Origin: Narcine bancroftii
Taxonomy: Eukaryota
DNA length: 64,000 bases
Reading direction: 5' to 3'
NCBI RefSeq assembly: GCF_036971445.1
Contig: NC_091480.1
Location: 87,110,001-87,174,000, forward strand
Positions 12,915-24,619 of the stretch are shown here, piece after piece. The notes beneath the pieces are model-generated. The model had not been told where the DNA came from. It searched no databases and saw only the letters and a list, made by a program, of their open reading frames with translations. The stretch's first letter is position 1; each line of letters starts with the position of its first letter. The position numbers and the translations under genes were made by a program.

Positions 12915-13200
12915 AGTTTTGTTGTGGACTCTGTTTTTTTTCTACACAGAGTGGTTGATATATGGAGCAAAAAAGATAAATTTCTAGAGGAACTCAATGG
13001 GCCAGGGGCATCTGGGAAAGGAAAGGGAGACTATCTAATTGCTATCAGGAACAAAATGACAGAAGATGTCATGGAATCAGATCCAAATGCTTGGTTTAAA
13101 AGAGGCATTTAGATGGACACAATAGACAAGGCACAAAAGTATAGAGTCCAGATGCAAGCAATTGGGATTGGTTTAGATGGGAAAAAGAGGACCACACAAG
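12915..13200 (+). mobile_element. CR1 3' fragments
   Basis: ctacacagagtggttgatatatgga; tttaaaagaggcatttagatggacac. Confidence 0.55.
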
Positions 13201-13254
13201 TGGTAACCAAAGGACCTATTTATGTGAGCACAACTCTGTCTCTTCTTACAACCG

Positions 13255-13460
13255 TGATAGAAATTGAAAATGTAATAGCCCTCACAGGGAGAACAGCAGA
13301 TGCGAGTGGGCTTACAGTGCGCAACCCCCCCCCCCCACCAAATTGTGATGAAATTGAGACAAGGGAGAACGCCATGAAAGTAAAGGTTGAAATTGGTACA
13401 ATTGATATCAACGGCATCCTCGCTCAGGTCAAAAGGATGACCGTGGTGAAAACACAGGAA
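13255..13460 (+). mobile_element. L1/Tx1-clade ORF2 N-terminus (AP endonuclease start) fragment
   Basis: MKVKVEIGTIDINGILAQVKR resembles the endonuclease N-terminal motif hxIxT/S.N.NG...KR. Confidence 0.5.
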
Positions 13461-14419
13461 AGAGGACTTTGCTACAGATGCAGAGGCAATTAAACAAGTT
13501 CCAGGTGCATATTTTGCAGATGGTGGGAAATGGAGAAGTGCAAGGGGTGAAAAATTAAGCCCTGGCTCAAGATAGGCCAAAGAAATAAATCAATCAGGGC
13601 ACAATGACATGCAGTGTACCCTGGAAGGTGAGAAGTTGGTGGGAAGAAGGTAGGAACAAGGGTTAAAATCGTTTAAATGACATGTTTTAGCGATGATCTG
13701 AGAAACAGTGACATGATAGAGCAAAGCTTCACCCACAATGTTATGCCAACCTATATAATAATCTTTGGTAGTCTGGTTGTATTCCAGATGGAAACTGCTG
13801 TCAGTAATGGGAAGTCTAGGATACATTCACTGGAGAAATTTCCTACTGAAAGAATAAACAAAGATGTGCTGGTTACAGGAAATAAAGATGTATGTGTACA
13901 TCAGCTGTGCACAGAAGGACATTTATAAAGGAAAAATGATCATCAATTAATACATTCACCTGAAGAATAAATGGCAATGAATTTAGAAAAGCTGACATTT
14001 ATCTTCGTCATAACTGTGCCTGTTCTAATGGACTTGACAGTATTTGTCTGAAGAATAAATTCATGACAAAAGAAAAGTAATTAACAGAAATGTCACCTTG
14101 GGAAAAGGAAACAGCTTTACCTAGTGAAGATACATCTCAGCTCCAATGATACAAGTGGTGACAAAGGACACCAATTAATCATATTTGTCTCAGAAAGAGA
14201 CACTTTTGAACACCCCACAATCACTCGACACTGGAAGTGGATGAAAACCAGTGAGAGCAGACTCCAAAAAATGTTAACACTTGACAGTAGGTACACTACC
14301 GAAAAAAAACATCCGAAGATACCATGCAAAGGGAACCCAGAATCTTCACACATAGTTGCATGCATTTTTCTGCCAATCTCATTAAACACAGATTAATCAT
14401 TCTGAAAGTATCTGACAAA

Positions 14420-14895
14420 GTGGATAGAATTGCACTTTACCATGCATGTCACTACAGGTGTACCGTTGAGAGCATTCTGGCTGATTGCATCACTGCCTGG
14501 TATGGAGGCACCAACTCTCAGGATCAAGAAAAATTCCAGAGGATTTTTTTTAAAAACTCGACCTGCCACATCACAGGCACCCGATTTCACTCCATCGAGG
14601 GCATCTACAAGAGGCGGTGCCTTAATAAAGCAGCCTCTATCCTGCCACCACCCAGGCCAGGCCCTCTTCACTCTACTACCGTCAGGGAAAAAGGGTACAC
14701 GAGCCTAAAGACAAGCGCTCAGTGGCACAAGGGCGGCTTCTTCCCCGCTGCCATCAGATTCCTGAATAATCAATGAACCAAAGACACTGCCTTACTTTTT
14801 GAGCACTACTGATTTTTTTTCATTTTTATTTTTTTTATATTATATTATAACATGAACGTTTTCGTTTATGCCTGCTGCAAAAGACGGAATTAAAT
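14420..14895 (+). mobile_element. Rex1/Babar LINE 3' end
   Basis: YRCTVESILADCITAWYG..SIEGIYKRRCLNKAASIL..FFPAAIRFLN. Confidence 0.9.
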
Positions 14896-16095
14896 ACTGA
14901 TTCTCATTAATTTAGTACAAAATCAGTAGCATCTTGAGACCAGAAGATCTCTAACTGGGTAAATTTTCGAAATTTAACGATGGTGGAAAAAAATATTAAA
15001 AGCCGCAGCAACAAAAAAAAAGGGTTAAATAGAAGTTGAAGGTGAATTTTAAAAAAAACCTGATAAAATTGTTGCGCGAATATCGCGTAAAGGAATTTAA
15101 TCCAGTAAAGAATACCCTTTGGAACAAAGGATACAAATTTGTGCTGCATCAACCAGCTAATTTGAAAATTATGATGCCAGATGGACAAAATAAGTTATTG
15201 AAACAGCAAAAAATTTTGTGAAGAAATTACCAACTTTGAAGTAAATTGAAAAATTGAGCGAACTTCTTTAAACCTGATTCTTTCAATCGGAATTATGATA
15301 TTATGTCTTCCTGTGTGTTTGTATTTGTTTAATATGAATCCTTTTGGGAAAAAAATCTGTTCAATTTTTTTTTAATTGTTTTACTTTGGAGTTTGGGAGG
15401 CCAGCCTCCAGAATCCATACATGCATGTTTGTGAGTGGCTTTTACCCACTACCCATAAAATAGAGGGGGGAGGGGGTGTAATTTTGTGATTACTCTAAAG
15501 GAAGTGTTTCTCACTTTTTTTTCCCTTATTTTATAATTTTTTTAATTGAGATTTCATTTTTTGGGGGGGTGGAAAGAGTGTTGATATTGGGACTTATATT
15601 TGAAAGAAATGAAAATTGTTTTTGAAAGGAATGTGTCGGGGAGAGAGGAAAAAGGGTGAAATAAATATAATACTTTTTGAGTGACTACGATAACTAAAGA
15701 TTTTATGTTACAGTTTTGTGGGGTTTTTTTTAAATTGATATTCACACAATTTTTTTTTAGATCTGGTAAAGGGAACACGATCCCTTTTGTTTTGATACTA
15801 GTCCTAAGTTTTTTTTCTTTTTTTTTGCCAAGTAGTGGACTCTATTTTCCAAGAAGGAGAATGACTTTTGAAAGGAGTGAGGATTGGGGGTTGAGTTGGA
15901 TGGGGGTGGTGGGGGGGGGGGGGGGGGGAGAAAGGGGAGGTGGGTAGATTAGATTTGGGTTTTAAAGTCAACATGCAATATGGTTTACAATGAATTTTGA
16001 ATATATACATGTGTGATTTGTAATCTACGATTTTTATGATTTTATTGTACAATGAATTTTGAATATGGATGAATGTATGACTTAAAAACTTCAAA
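14896..16095 (+). mobile_element. L1-clade LINE remnant (ORF1 C-terminus and decayed downstream parts)
   Basis: KEFNPVKNTLWNKGYKFVLHQPANLKIMMPDGQNKL is typical of fish L1 ORF1 C-termini. The downstream T/G-rich stretch is less certain. Confidence 0.65.
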
Positions 16096-16522
16096 AAATA
16101 ACTGGGTAATTTTTAATAAAGCATCCAGTCCTCACTGTACTCCCTCTGCTGTGGAGTTGATCAGTGGAACACTGTGTGCACAAGCCGATGTGACACTATC
16201 CTGGTAATGATCTCAGGGTTGACAGGTGGCCCCCTAGAAATGAATAGACATCACTAATTGGCCTCTGCAATGCTGAGCTGTACCAAAAGGAAAAGTCTCC
16301 ACAGGCACCCAACCAGGGGGCATGCACTCCCTTCCTCTTCCCCACTAATAGCCAAGCTTGCATTCAGACAGCCATAAAAATATGACGCAAATTAGCAAAG
16401 AATGACTCTAACACTGTCACCCATAGCACTGTTGGACTCCTCCTGCATCTCCTTCATTTGATTTCAGCAGACAGGCTGAATGGATTTTCTAAACCCACTG
16501 CTCCCTTCACTGGATTGTATTG

Positions 16523-17285
16523 CAACAAAACCCCCGCTATCTAGAATCAAGCAATTGGCAGCCTCACACAATTTGAAAAAAATAAAGAAGAAAATAATTT
16601 TTTAACTAAAATAATTAAGAATAAAATAACAGGCAAAACCCCTATAGGGATATGTATATGCCTGATAAGTGTATTTTCTGGTTGCATGAGATTTATAATT
16701 ACAAGGCCTAACTAATGCACCTGCATAAACAGTTTAAAAGACTATACTGTATTTACACTGAACAAAATTCACTTTTATGTATATTTAAACAAAGCATTTT
16801 CAGTCACATTGTTTGAAAACATTTAACCATCACTGCATCTGCAGGTTCCTCCCCCTCCACAGAGCTGCCTGAAAGATGAACAATAGCACTATGGAGAATT
16901 AACCCCCCCCCCCCCTCCCCACTTCCTTCCTCTGAGCTTACAGATAAAGCCTCTGACCGGGGCAACTCTTACTAAACAGGGAGAAAGAGACACTTGAAGG
17001 GAGTCAGCCCAACAGTGAGCGGCATCAACCAGCTCTTCATCCTGGGCCACGCCATTGCTGTTTCACACAACTTTATTCAAACAGCTGCTCAAGCAAAGCA
17101 CATCCAAGGCACTCCCTCCGCTGGCTGAATATTTGCTCCCATCTTCACCAAAGGTTTATGTTACATCAAATGACATTTACTTTTACAATTAAAAACATGT
17201 GTGTTTAACCTATTATTTTTTTCTTTCTTATTTTAATTTTTTTTTAGTTTATTTGCTGGTTGCTTAAATTCTGATACCAGTGGGG
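16523..17285. mobile_element. pogo/Tigger-like MITE: ~110-bp + piece joined to a minus-strand copy
   Basis: 16633-17285 is homologous to the reverse complement of 27931-29421 minus its CR1. 16523-16632 matches the left end of that element in + orientation. Confidence 0.75.
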
Positions 17286-18155
17286 GTGGGGGGGTGGGGG
17301 GGAGCTTTAAAAAAAACTGCTATCGTTTCAGGCAAAAAGTAAATGCCCTCTGTATCCCTTCATTATTTTTTTTATATAATCGCAATTAATCATTCCAGAA
17401 TAATCCAAACAAAGCCTGCTGGGAATCTCAGACCACTTGACCCATTTCCTAAAAAAACAGGGAAGCAAATAGATTGAAGAGTTGTTTTAGACTCAATTTC
17501 AAGCAGCATTTTTTTTCTTTTAAAAGGAGACTGCACAACAATCCACGGTGATTACCACCACTGTGAGCAGGAAAAATTAAGCCCTGTGTCATTGAATCAG
17601 CCAGTATTGCCAGCCATTCCAAGAAATAAAAAGCAGTCTTTTTTTTCTATCTCATCGAGACAAAAAAAGCTATTTTTCTTCCATATTTCTGAAGTCCTAG
17701 TGTATTAAAATCAGCTTCTAAAAACCTCTAATCCTCCATTATTACCACCACCAGCTGTGTAGCAAAAGTCCCGGGATGATTAATGAAGAAATTCCTTAAG
17801 CTTGGATTTTTAGAAATTTAAATTTTTTTAAAAATCAATTTACATTTTCTCCTTTAGAGTCCACGTGGCCTGTGACAATCAATAAAAATGCTATCACTAC
17901 AAATTATACATATTTTTCATGTACTGTACTGACCTGCAAGCCATTCTGCACAGTCAATTCCAATGAATATTAAAACCATTTGTTAGCATCAATTTGCTAG
18001 ACACAACTTGTCATCCTGGATGCAGGTCAACTTTGCCAACAAGTAGACAGGGCAAAATGAGCAGCTGGAAATGCAGCCCCGTACGTTAATGCTAATTGCG
18101 CTTTCTAGTGCTACTTTGCCACTGAACTGTAGTTCCAGGTCTGCTTTTGCATCGA

Positions 18156-18430
18156 TTATTTGCTTAGCTGGTTAACCTTCAGGTCCTCCTCCCATCTTCA
18201 TTACCCCAGCTGACGTGAACGAACCTGACCACTCCCAAAAGATTCACGAGCGCCACTCAGCGGATCACGCAACCTCACCAAGTAATCAGTGCTTGGGTGA
18301 ACTCACGGCTTCGTGCATTTCCCAAGACCTCTCATCTGTTCAACCTCTCCGGATCACCGACTAAACCCAAATCATGGCTTAAGCACCTACAACCACCAAT
18401 CAACAGCATCCAACTCTCACCCTTCCACAG
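18156..18430 (+). repeat. Unclassified dispersed repeat, copy 1
   Basis: Collinear with 21883-22151 (cttcaggtcctcctcccatcttc; ccaagtaatca.tgcttgggtgaactc; aaccaccaatcaacagcatccaac). Confidence 0.85.
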
Positions 18431-18554
18431 ATCTTACTTTGAACTTATCGGTACATGTATTTTTTTTAGTTGGATTTTTAAAAACAAAACTGTGGCTTAC
18501 GAAGACACGATGAGATTGCATTAAAAAATAATTATGAAATTATGAGGATGAAAA

Positions 18555-18742
18555 GGGCAGCACAGAGCCAGTGATCTGGACCAGGGTTTGAATCCTGCAC
18601 TGTCCGTAATGAGTTTGTAATGGGTTTTCACCAGGGGCTCCAGTTTCATTCAAAACCTACCGGGGGTGTAGGTTAAGGGGGTGCAAATTGGGCGGCACGG
18701 GCTTGTGGGCCAAAATGGCCTGTTACTACGATGTATGTCTAG
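18555..18742 (+). mobile_element. tRNA-derived SINE, tail cut by the RTE
   Basis: gggtttgaatcc B-box-like motif; gggcggcacgggcttgtgggccaaaatggcctgttact..tgtatgtcta. Confidence 0.8.
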
Positions 18743-19806
18743 ATTCTTCTTTGGCTTGGCTTTGCGGATGAAGATTTATGGAGGGGGTAAATGCCCACGT
18801 CAGCTGCAGGCTCGTTTGTGGCTGACAAGTCCGATGCGGGACAGGCAGACACGGTTGCAGCGGAAAATTGGTGGGTTGGGGTTGGGTGTTGGGTTTTTCC
18901 TCCTTTGTCTTTTGTCAGTGAGGTGGGCTCTGCGATCTACTTCAAAGGAGGTTGCTGCCCGCCGAACTGTGAGGCGCCAAGATGCACGGTTTGAGGCGAT
19001 ATCAGCCCACTGGCAGTAGTCAATGTGGCAGGCACCAAGAGATTTCTTTAGGCAGTCCTTGTACCTTTTCTTTGGTGCACCTCTGTCACGGTGGCCAGTG
19101 GAGAGCTCGCCATATAACACGATCTTGGGAAGGCGATGGGCCTCCATTCTGGAGACGTGACCCACCCAGCGCAGCTGGATCTTCAGCAGCGTGGACTCGA
19201 TGCTGTCGAGCTCTGCCATCTCGAGTACTTCGACGTTAGGGATGAAAGCGCTCCAATGAATGTTGAGGATGGAGCGGAGACAACGCTGGTAGAAGCGTTC
19301 TAGGAGCCGTAGGTGATGCCGGTAGAGGACCCATGATTCGGAGCCGAACAGGAGTGTGGGTATGACAACGGCTCTGTATACGCTTATCTTTGTGAGGTTT
19401 TTCAGTTGGTTGTTTTTCCAGACTCTTGTGTAGTCTTCCAAAGGCGCTATTTGCCTTGGCGAGTCTGTTGTCTATCTCGTTGTCGATCCTTGCATCTGAT
19501 GAAATGGTGCAGCCGAGATAGGTAAACTGGTGGACCGTTTTGAGTTTTGTGTGCCCGATGGAGATGTGGGGGGGGCTGGTAGTCATGGTGGGGAGCTGGC
19601 TGATGGAGGACCTCAGTTTTCTTCAGGCTGACTTCCAGGCCAAACATCTTGGCAGTTTCCGCAAAACAGGACGTCAAGCGCTGAAGAGCTGGCTCTGAAT
19701 GGGCAACTAAAGCGGCATCATCTGCAAAGAGTAGTTCACGGACAAGTTTCTCTTGTGTCTTGGTGTGAGCTTGCAGGCGCCTCAGATTGAAGAGACTGCC
19801 ATCCAC
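18743..19806 (-). mobile_element. RTE-clade LINE, 5'-truncated and young (RT LFADD motif to C-terminal CxxC-like region and 3' tail)
   Basis: ORFs 19447-19818 (LLFADDAAL), 19236-19586 (FTYLG) and 18800-19441 (YRAVVIPTLLFGSESW..CLSRIGLVSHKRACS). Only frameshifts separate them. Tail gccaagccaaagaagaa. Confidence 0.95.
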
Positions 19807-19809
19807 AGT

Positions 19810-20460
19810 ATAGAACATGGCAATGGGATCTGCGGTAGTGTATCTGGAAGTGAAGAGGAAAGGTATTGTTGGGAATAATGTCAGGGCTGATTAATTGGTA
19901 GGTGGAAGCTGCAAGTGAATGAGTGAGAGCTGTGAGGTATTAAAATTCAGTTGGGAGAGTAACAAGTGATCATGTTGGAACAGGATTGAATGTGGGATGA
20001 ATACAAGTGTCTGGTTCAAAGAAAGAGTAAATGCAGCATGATAGATGGAGGCGGGATCATTGGAAAATAGCACAATCGTAAAGTCAGTGCTGACATGTTT
20101 CACTGACAGTGTAAACCATTCAAGCTTTCAGATAGGTGTGAATACAGAATGAAGCAACTGGAGGAGCAGGGGGCGGGGGGGAGGGGCGGGTGGAAGAAAG
20201 AGAGAGAAATTAAAATGGATAGAGAAGGGAAGTGAAGGAAGGAGTGATATTCTGCTAATAGCAAAAAATATAGATGGCTAAGCAGAGTCAGACTGGCAAG
20301 CAGAGAAAGGTTCAGATGCAAAACCACTGCTAATTTCAGATAAGCCAGGTAACAGTTCAAAGCGTCCGTAAGGAGGGCCAACAAGTGGCAGGAACACAGA
20401 GGGCATTGTGAAGGCCAGTCGCGGAAATAGGCGGAAGTCTGAAGATGATTCAAAGCATCA
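19810..20460 (-). mobile_element. Possible Penelope-like 5'/N-terminal ORF remnant
   Basis: C/T-rich coding-like strand; YSHLSESLNGLH vaguely resembles Penelope N-terminal HxxFLxxC motifs. No RT motif is visible. Confidence 0.3.
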
Positions 20461-21007
20461 GGGTAGATCCCGCAAACCGGTGGCCTGATGCCTGAAATAT
20501 CAATGCAAGACTTTCAGTGGGTGCAGGGGTAAGGCGCAAAGAGCCCCAGAAAGAGCAAGGATTAGTCAGGGGTGACAGATGAGCTGCCAGCGGTCGATCT
20601 GCCTTCTCGCCAATAAACTGGGCGCTGATCAGAATACGCCTAATTAATAAAACAGTGAAGGGTTAATCCACAAGATTTTAAGTGCTGAAGGGAAAAGTCA
20701 TGATGATTGATGAACCGCAGTAAGAACCAAGGCCAACAAGAGAGAAAATCAATTCCTCTTAAACTCAAATTGTAATTAAATCAAATGTACATGGATAAAG
20801 TGAATGGATTTAAAGTGTTAACAGAGTCAATAGGATTTAAAAAGAATATTCAACTGGAAATAAGATATGAAGGGCAGATTGGTTGATTAATTGGCCACTA
20901 AAGGGAGAGTGTTAGAATCTGGGGCAGGGGAATCAGGAGATAATGAGATTGTGGAGAGAATAAGAAATCGGATTGACAAAGAAAGAGTGTAATGCGTGCT
21001 TAAAGGC

Positions 21008-21518
21008 ACGAGATTATGCTTCCTGAAAACTTCAGGATGCTGATCTCAAAAATCACCTTGAAATTTTCATATCACATACCATTTATTTACATACAGGTGC
21101 TTCATCTTGTATCTGAAATCCTTGAGACCAGTCACTTGTCGGATTTCAGAATATTTTTGGATAACTGAGTAATATTAAATTATGGCAGTACTTTTAAGTA
21201 ATTGCAGGGGGTGGGGGGGTTCGAAGTGCCATTGGATGGGGGGATGGTAAATGAAGTGAGATAAAGATAGACCCACTCTTTCCCCGCTCTCCCACCTCAT
21301 GCTACCGCTCTCTCCCCGAGTCGCTCCCTCTGACAAATACCCTTTCAGTGGAATTGCTATGTTGCGATTAATCGATACAAGTTAATTTAATGTTTCTCCA
21401 ACTTCCTACGTGATACAGCAAATCTGAAATTACCTTTACGATCAGATTGATGTTGTCTATCATAAACCCCATTTTTTTCAGGAAACAAACCTTTTGGAAA
21501 AAAATTTGTTGTCCAGTG
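21008..21518 (+). mobile_element. Chapaev3-like non-autonomous DNA transposon, interrupted
   Basis: 21010-21080 aligns to the reverse complement of 57120-57210. The right terminus tttgttgtccagtg matches the terminus at 57209-57222. Confidence 0.65.
21092..21335 (+). mobile_element. Tc1/mariner(pogo)-like MITE fragment nested in the Chapaev3-like copy
   Basis: Begins TA|CAGGTG..tatctgaaat..cggatttcaga..ttggataactgag. Only one end is recognisable. Confidence 0.4.
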
Positions 21519-21882
21519 TGCTCCTAGTAGACCAAAGAACCGGTTTCCATCCTGCATTTCTTTATCATTCTGACATTGCATATTAAGATTTGTAATAAAA
21601 TAATGCATCTTTCAGGGCAGTTTGCAAAGTCCATGGTATTAAATACAGTTTGTGCCCAGTGTCCTGCCACCATGGCATTAAGGATCCCAGGTATACACAT
21701 TGACCATGAATGGAAACTAAACATAAAATCGTTCTAGATGTTGGAATGATCCTGGCTTCGTTCAAGCCATTCCAGCAGATGCAGGAGTTTGCAGTTCCTG
21801 CTGCTGTGTGACCAAAAAGAGACTTCCCTAAGCAGGTCCTAACCAAGTGATGGGAATCACATGCAGGTGAATACCCATTAAG

Positions 21883-22151
21883 TTATTCGCTTTGCTGGTT
21901 AATCTTCAGGTCCTCCTCCCATCTTCGCCTTCCCCACCTGACATAAATGAACCTGACTCCTCCTGAAAACTCATCAGCCTCATTCAACTGATCATGCAAA
22001 CTCGCCAAGTAATCAATGCTTGGGTGAACTCCCTGCTTTCTTGGCATTTCCCACTCATCTTCTCAGGATCATCAACTGCCCCTAACTGGTACCTGAAAAT
22101 CCACTTCCTTATAACCACCAATCAACAGCATCCAACCCTCACACTTCCACA
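21883..22151 (+). repeat. Unclassified dispersed repeat, copy 2
   Basis: Collinear with 18156-18430. Confidence 0.85.
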
Positions 22152-22570
22152 ACAGCCTTTCCTCACCCTTAACATTACAAACCTGGCCAAGGCCCAGACT
22201 TGACTGGTTTGTCCTCTTCATATGTACATTCCTCCAAGACACTGTAAGACACATTCTGTAGTATCCAGATCATGTTTGGAGGAATCCCAAGCAATTTATT
22301 TTCTTCTTTTGGAGAATGTTCATAAACTTGTTCCATCAGATCTGGTTACAGTCAGAGCCAGAAACAACTTGACAGGCAATAACTGACATCAGAAAACTGC
22401 CATTATTAGTCTGATTATGAATGGTCAGGGTGACAGATTGTTACCACTACTTGGCATTGCAGAAACACACATCAAGGTTGTTTCTAAAACAATTGGAGAA
22501 TGCAAACATTTTTTTACTCTGCATTAGCTTCTGCTACAAATAAATTCTGAATCAGGTGGTGGAAATTTTA

Positions 22571-22712
22571 CAGAAAATGCTGGAAAAACAAAGCAGGCAA
22601 AACTGCATCTCTGGAAAGAGAATCAATAGTTCAAGGCAAATGAAGCCTAAAACATTAACAGTTTCTCTTTCAACAGATGCTGTTTGGCCTGCTGAGTTTT
22701 TCCAACATCTTC
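22571..22712. mobile_element. Palindromic Penelope-end-derived short element (second copy)
   Basis: aaatgctggaaaaacaaagcaggcaaaactgcatct..agatgctgtttggcctgctgagtttttccaacatc, with gcctaaaac in the loop. Confidence 0.65.
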
Positions 22713-22799
22713 AGTTGTTTGAAAATTCAAAAGAGTGAAATCATTTGACAAAAGATTCTCGGGCAGGGGTGGGAGGGTGGTGACTCCCTTTTCCCTGAC

Positions 22800-22955
22800 T
22801 CTAAGGGGCGCCAGACAATTTCTGCTGATGGCAAATCTTTGTCTGCCTTACCATACACCAAAGGAAATTTTGTGCAATATAACATTTTCTGCTTTATGAT
22901 GTGATAATAAAACAAATGGAAGTATAATAATTGAAAGGTTCTTTAACCTTAACAT
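22800..22955 (+). mobile_element. SINE/LINE 3' part related to the tail of the tRNA-Thr SINE
   Basis: aggggcgccagacaa..tggcaaatctttgtct..gtgataataaa..ctttaaccttaac resembles 57408-57485. Confidence 0.5.
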
Positions 22956-23304
22956 TTTCACAGCCTGTTTCTGAGGTACCTTCTGAAGTCACCACTCAGA
23001 GAACACTGCAGCCAAGAAAAAAAGGAACTGAAATTGTTTCCATGTTATTTTGTTCCTGGGCTGTGATACTGAAGGGTACATTTAGGCCAACTATTCCCTG
23101 CATGGACAAAGAATCATAGAAAATATGGTTATATCAAAAGCCTTCTGAGTAATCCTCCTCTCTTGAGTGGTCTGAACAGCTTCACCTAATTTATTCTACT
23201 GTGACAAATACCAATATTGAGGCGACATGCAGCATTCAGTTAAAAAAAATGAACATAAAAAATGGCTGACACTCAGTTTAGCAAGGAAATAAAATAATTA
23301 TGTA

Positions 23305-23765
23305 AAAATACACAATGCTGGAGAAACTTGATAGGTCAAACAGTGTCCTTTATATAGCAAAGGTAAGAATACATAACTGATGTTCCGGGCTTGAGCCCTT
23401 CATCAAGGAATGTAAAAACATTGGCAGGCATCCGAACAAAAGAGTAAGGAGGGGGGAGGTGTTGTCACAAAGGCAGGAGGTGATAGGTGGAGAAGGGAGG
23501 GAGGGGATAGCCAGGGGATCAAGGGGAAGAGGGATGTCTAAGGGAAGGGAGGGAGGAGAACTGGAAAGGGAAGGTGAATAAGGTTAGCAGAAGCCAGAAA
23601 AGCCAATGTAAATGCCAGTTGGTTGGAGTGCTCAGGCAGAATATCAGGTATTGTTGCGGGTGGCCTTGGTGGGATACTGCACAAGGCCATGGACAGACAT
23701 GCGAGTGTGACACAGAAATGAAATGGTTGGCTACTGGGAGATCTCTGTTACTGGAGTGGATGGAG
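23305..23765 (-). mobile_element. Penelope-like element 3' end
   Basis: Reverse complement of the 35515-35995-type end; contains a decayed hammerhead core (23378-23408). Confidence 0.75.
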
Positions 23766-24349
23766 TGTCAACTTTACCCCCTGAATCTTGGACCTGAGAA
23801 ATGGGAAAATAAAAATCAATGTACAAATCCAATTTATTTTCGCAAAATCTACACTTCACTCAAGTTCCACCAAGTGGTGAAGCTTGTTCCTTAATTGGGT
23901 TCTACAGTGATTGAAATGCACCACGAACAACTGTGTGTGGGAGCCACAAATGAAGATCGCAGAGGTCTATCCATCTTTGCTATTCAAAGGCTTTGTGCTT
24001 GCTTATGTAAAATAATAATACTCAAGAGCTTCCTGCCTTTTTTATTTAGGTATTCTTCACTCATTTCTCCTTCTGCTTCCTTCAGTTGCTCATTTAACAA
24101 GGGAAGGTTCTAACAGTGTGATTAAATCAGAAAACACGCATGCATTCAGATTAGCCAAGCTTATTGGATATTTTAGTAACATTCATGCCATGTCCTGCAA
24201 TCACAAAACCTAAGGTCACCCTTAGGTTAGAACAATGCTGTACCAGCAAGTACCAGCCACAGCTTGCGTTACTCTACTGTTGAAGCTTGAGCATTGTTTC
24301 ATTAAAAATCTCCGAAAGGGGACCAACTTTAGAAAGAGGCGGTTCAACT

Positions 24350-24575
24350 TGCTTTTCAGCTTCGAGGCATGTACGTTACGCAATATTGCTGCTACATAGC
24401 TTCAATGAAGGAGATCCCGTTCTGACTTCGCGTGCTGCCGGCATGGAGAGTCCACAGTCTCCCTGTGGCCGTATGGATTTCTTCGGAGTCCTCCAATTTC
24501 CTCCCATATCGCAAGGGGGCTGGGACATCAAGTAGTGATTGTAAACTGTTGCTATTGTATGTGGGTGGCTGGAGA
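24350..24575 (+). mobile_element. tRNA-derived SINE, old
   Basis: ctccctgtggccgtatggatttcttcggagtcctccaatttcctcccatatc body. Confidence 0.55.
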
Positions 24576-24619
24576 GTTGATGGGGCAGGAGGAAAAATCA
24601 GGAGTCAAGAGATCGCAAG

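Noticed and set aside
16308-16325. CTCF-like caaccagggggca
   Set aside because: Mismatch at a core C; a single short match is not enough.
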